From assembly GCA_963785725.1 (NCBI GenBank), contig CAWAWS010000026.1:32001-96000 (forward strand): a stretch of DNA of 64,000 bases, read 5' to 3'. The notes beneath the pieces are model-generated. The model was not told where the DNA came from, did not search any database, and worked only from the letters and a program-made list of their open reading frames with translations. The stretch's first letter is position 1, and each line of letters starts with the position of its first letter. Positions 61,740 to 64,000 of the stretch are shown piece after piece. This DNA comes from an uncultured delta proteobacterium (GTDB taxonomy: Bacteria > Myxococcota_A > Polyangia > Palsa-1104). The position numbers and the translations under genes were made by a program.

Positions 61740-63394
61740 TGGGTCCTCCGCACGACCGGTGCCAGCGACGGGGTGAGCTCGAAGCTCGACAGGTCGATCT
61801 CCACCCGATTCTTGCCTGCGGCCTTGGCGCGATACAAGGCCGCATCGGTGCGCTCGACGAGCCGCTCGGGCATCTCGACGCCCGCTTCGGTCCAGCCGGC
61901 GACGCCGAGCGACGCCGTGATGTGCAGCCCGTCGAACGCGTGGCCTTCGACGGCGGCGCGAATGCGCTCGGCCACGGCGTGCGCGTCGGCCAAGTTCGTG
62001 CGCGGCAGGAGAAACGCCAGCTCCTCGCCGCCATAGCGCGCGGCCAAGTCGACGCCGCGCAGCTGGCTCGCGGCCAGCGCCGCCACTTCGCGCAGCGCCC
62101 GATCGCCGACGAGATGGCCGTGCGTGTCGTTGAGCCGCTTGAAGTCGTCGAGATCGAGCATCACGAGCGCGAACGAAGTGCCGAAACGCCGGGCGCGCTC
62201 GATCTCCTCGGCGACGCGCATGTCGAAGTAGCGGCGCACGTAGAGGCCGGTCAAGCCGTCGACGTTGGCGAGCGCGTACAGCCGCGCGTTCTCGACGGCG
62301 GCCGCGGCCTGTCCGCCGATGGCGTCGAAGAGGCGCAGCTCGTCGTAGCCGAAGACGCCCGGCTCGTCGGCCTCGGCGACGAGCGCGCCCGTCGTCTCGC
62401 CGTACATGACGAGCGGAACCAAGAGTCGCGCGCGCACTTCGGGCCGCGCGGCGTCGTGCACGTCGTTCTCCTGCAGCGGCTGCGTGTGCGTCAACGCCGC
62501 GCGCGCCGCGCCGGTCGCCGGCAGCGACGAGAGCTCGCCGCGCTCCAGCCGATAGACGACGAGCCGCCCGTCGATCTCGACGATCGCTTCGATGCGCGCC
62601 GCCATCGGCAAGGCGCGCGCCGTCTCGCGCAACATCGCCGCCAAGAGCGACGGCGCCTCCAGCGTCGCGCCGAGCGCGTGCGCCGTGCGGTTGAGCGTCT
62701 CCAGCTCGTCGACGCGGCGGCGCAACCTCGCCGCCAGCTCCGACATGCGCGCAAAGCCGTAGTTCACGAGCAGGTAGGTGCCGCCGAGCAGCGCGAACGG
62801 CACCGGCCGATGCAGGTCGAAGATGAGCACGATCGCCGACGCCAACGGCAGGAGCGCCGCCTCCGCCGCGACGCTGTAGGCGTTGCGCTTGAACGCCGCG
62901 CGCCAGGCCGCGCCGCCGAGCCACTGCTGCAGCGCCTGCAGCGCATAGTGCGAGACCAAGAACACGACGCCGAGCGCGGCCGGCAGCCAGGCGACCGGCG
63001 TCGACGGCAGATCGACGCGGAACACGCGCGCCCAGCCGTACAAGAGCGCGCCGGCGACGCCGCCGAGATAGAGCGCGTTGGCGATGCGGCCGCGACGCCA
63101 GCCGTCGAACGCGAGCACGATCGCGACGCCGAGCGCCGTGTGCGCCGGACCAAAATAGAAGACGGCGGCGATGAAGATGGCGCTGTCGAGCGAGATCTCG
63201 GCGCCGTTGGTGCCCGGCAGCGGGAACGACAGCGCGCGCGCACCGGCGACGACGGCCAAGAACAGCACGGCCGCTTCCCACGTGCCGACGGGCGGCAGCT
63301 CGGTCTCGCGAGCAGCCGCCAACATCACCAGCCAGCCGACGAGGCCGGTGGCGACGAGAAACGCCGTGTGGAGCCTACTGCGCCCGCCCGACAT
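61736..63394 (-). CDS. Membrane sensor diguanylate cyclase (TM + GAF + GGDEF)
   Basis: TM region, GAF-like segment, DGLTGLY.RRYF, DLDDFKRLNDTHGH.VGD, RGVD I-site and RYGGEEL. Confidence 0.9.
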   Translation of the reverse strand: MSGGRSRLHTAFLVATGLVGWLVMLAAARETELPPVGTWEAAVLFLAVVAGARALSFPLPGTNGAEISLDSAIFIAAVFYFGPAHTALGVAIVLAFDGWRRGRIANALYLGGVAGALLYGWARVFRVDLPSTPVAWLPAALGVVFLVSHYALQALQQWLGGAAWRAAFKRNAYSVAAEAALLPLASAIVLIFDLHRPVPFALLGGTYLLVNYGFARMSELAARLRRRVDELETLNRTAHALGATLEAPSLLAAMLRETARALPMAARIEAIVEIDGRLVVYRLERGELSSLPATGAARAALTHTQPLQENDVHDAARPEVRARLLVPLVMYGETTGALVAEADEPGVFGYDELRLFDAIGGQAAAAVENARLYALANVDGLTGLYVRRYFDMRVAEEIERARRFGTSFALVMLDLDDFKRLNDTHGHLVGDRALREVAALAASQLRGVDLAARYGGEELAFLLPRTNLADAHAVAERIRAAVEGHAFDGLHITASLGVAGWTEAGVEMPERLVERTDAALYRAKAAGKNRVEIDLSSFELTPSLAPVVRRTH

Positions 63395-63519
63395 GCATCA
63401 CCCCGTACAACTGCGGGAACGTATGATCTACGTCGCGACGCGTCAACCGGTATTCGAGCTTGCCTGTGACTGGGCGGTCATTCTACGCTCGCCGCCCACT
63501 CATCCGACTGGAGGCGCCC

Positions 63520-64000
63520 ATGGGTCTGCTCGACGGTAAAGTCGCCATCATCACCGGCGCGGGCGGCGGCATCGGCCGCGGTCATGCGCTTTTGTTCGCG
63601 AAAGAGGGCGCCAAGGTCGTGGTCAACGACTTGGGCGGCGATCGCGCCGGCGGCGGCAAAGGCTCGCAGATGGCCGACGACGTCGTCGCCGAGATCAAGA
63701 AGGCGGGCGGCGAAGCGGTCGCCAACTACGACTCGGTGGCGACGCGCGAAGGTGCCGACGGCCTCTTGTGGAGCGCGCTCGGCAAGTTCGGCCGCGCCGA
63801 CATCCTCGTCAACAACGCCGGCGTGTTGCGCGATCGCTCGTTCCTCAACATGTCGGACAGCGACTGGAACATCGTGCAGGACGTGCACTTGAAGGGCACG
63901 TTCTACTGCTCGCAGACGATGGCCCGGCACCTCAAGACGCAAGGGCAGGGTGGCCGCATCATCAACACGACGTCGGTCTCCGGCTTGATGGGCAACTTCG
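63520..64000 (+). CDS. Short-chain dehydrogenase (MFE-2/HSD17B4-like), truncated at window end
   Basis: MGLLDGKVAIITGAGGGIGRGHALLFAKEGAKVVVNDLGG...VNNAGVLRDRSF...VHLKG; GGAGG SD. Confidence 0.88.
   Translation, partial: MGLLDGKVAIITGAGGGIGRGHALLFAKEGAKVVVNDLGGDRAGGGKGSQMADDVVAEIKKAGGEAVANYDSVATREGADGLLWSALGKFGRADILVNNAGVLRDRSFLNMSDSDWNIVQDVHLKGTFYCSQTMARHLKTQGQGGRIINTTSVSGLMGNF

Overview
High-GC (roughly 70% by eye), gene-dense bacterial window with about 60 CDS. It is most consistent with a myxobacterium (Myxococcota, Polyangia-like): it carries a CglE-like barrel, two AgmX/PglI C-terminal-domain proteins, a TraB-like OmpA/TSP3 protein and many Cys-rich lipoproteins. I found no rRNA, tRNA, CRISPR array, transposase or integrase. 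About ten otherwise well-conserved genes are broken by small frameshifts, most likely uncorrected long-read indels. Main content: regulator/efflux/redox modules; an oxidative-stress block (oxyR-ankyrin-catalase and ohrR-ohr-bcp, with visible OxyR and OhrR operators) interrupted by a four-gene peptidase-containing ABC/type I export cassette with no adjacent precursor; and, about 17 kb away, an orphan full-length LanB dehydratase converging on an S9 peptidase, possibly a dispersed RiPP system. Also notable: a DEAD-box helicase with a FUS-like SYG-repeat tail, a membrane-anchored stand-alone condensation-domain protein near a benzoate-CoA ligase, a non-canonical traAB-like pair, a 27-codon GST-derived remnant, a ~160-nt intergenic hairpin, and a recurring leaderless-promoter signature (TANNNT 6-8 nt before the start codon). 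All family calls come from motif recognition by eye, not database searches.
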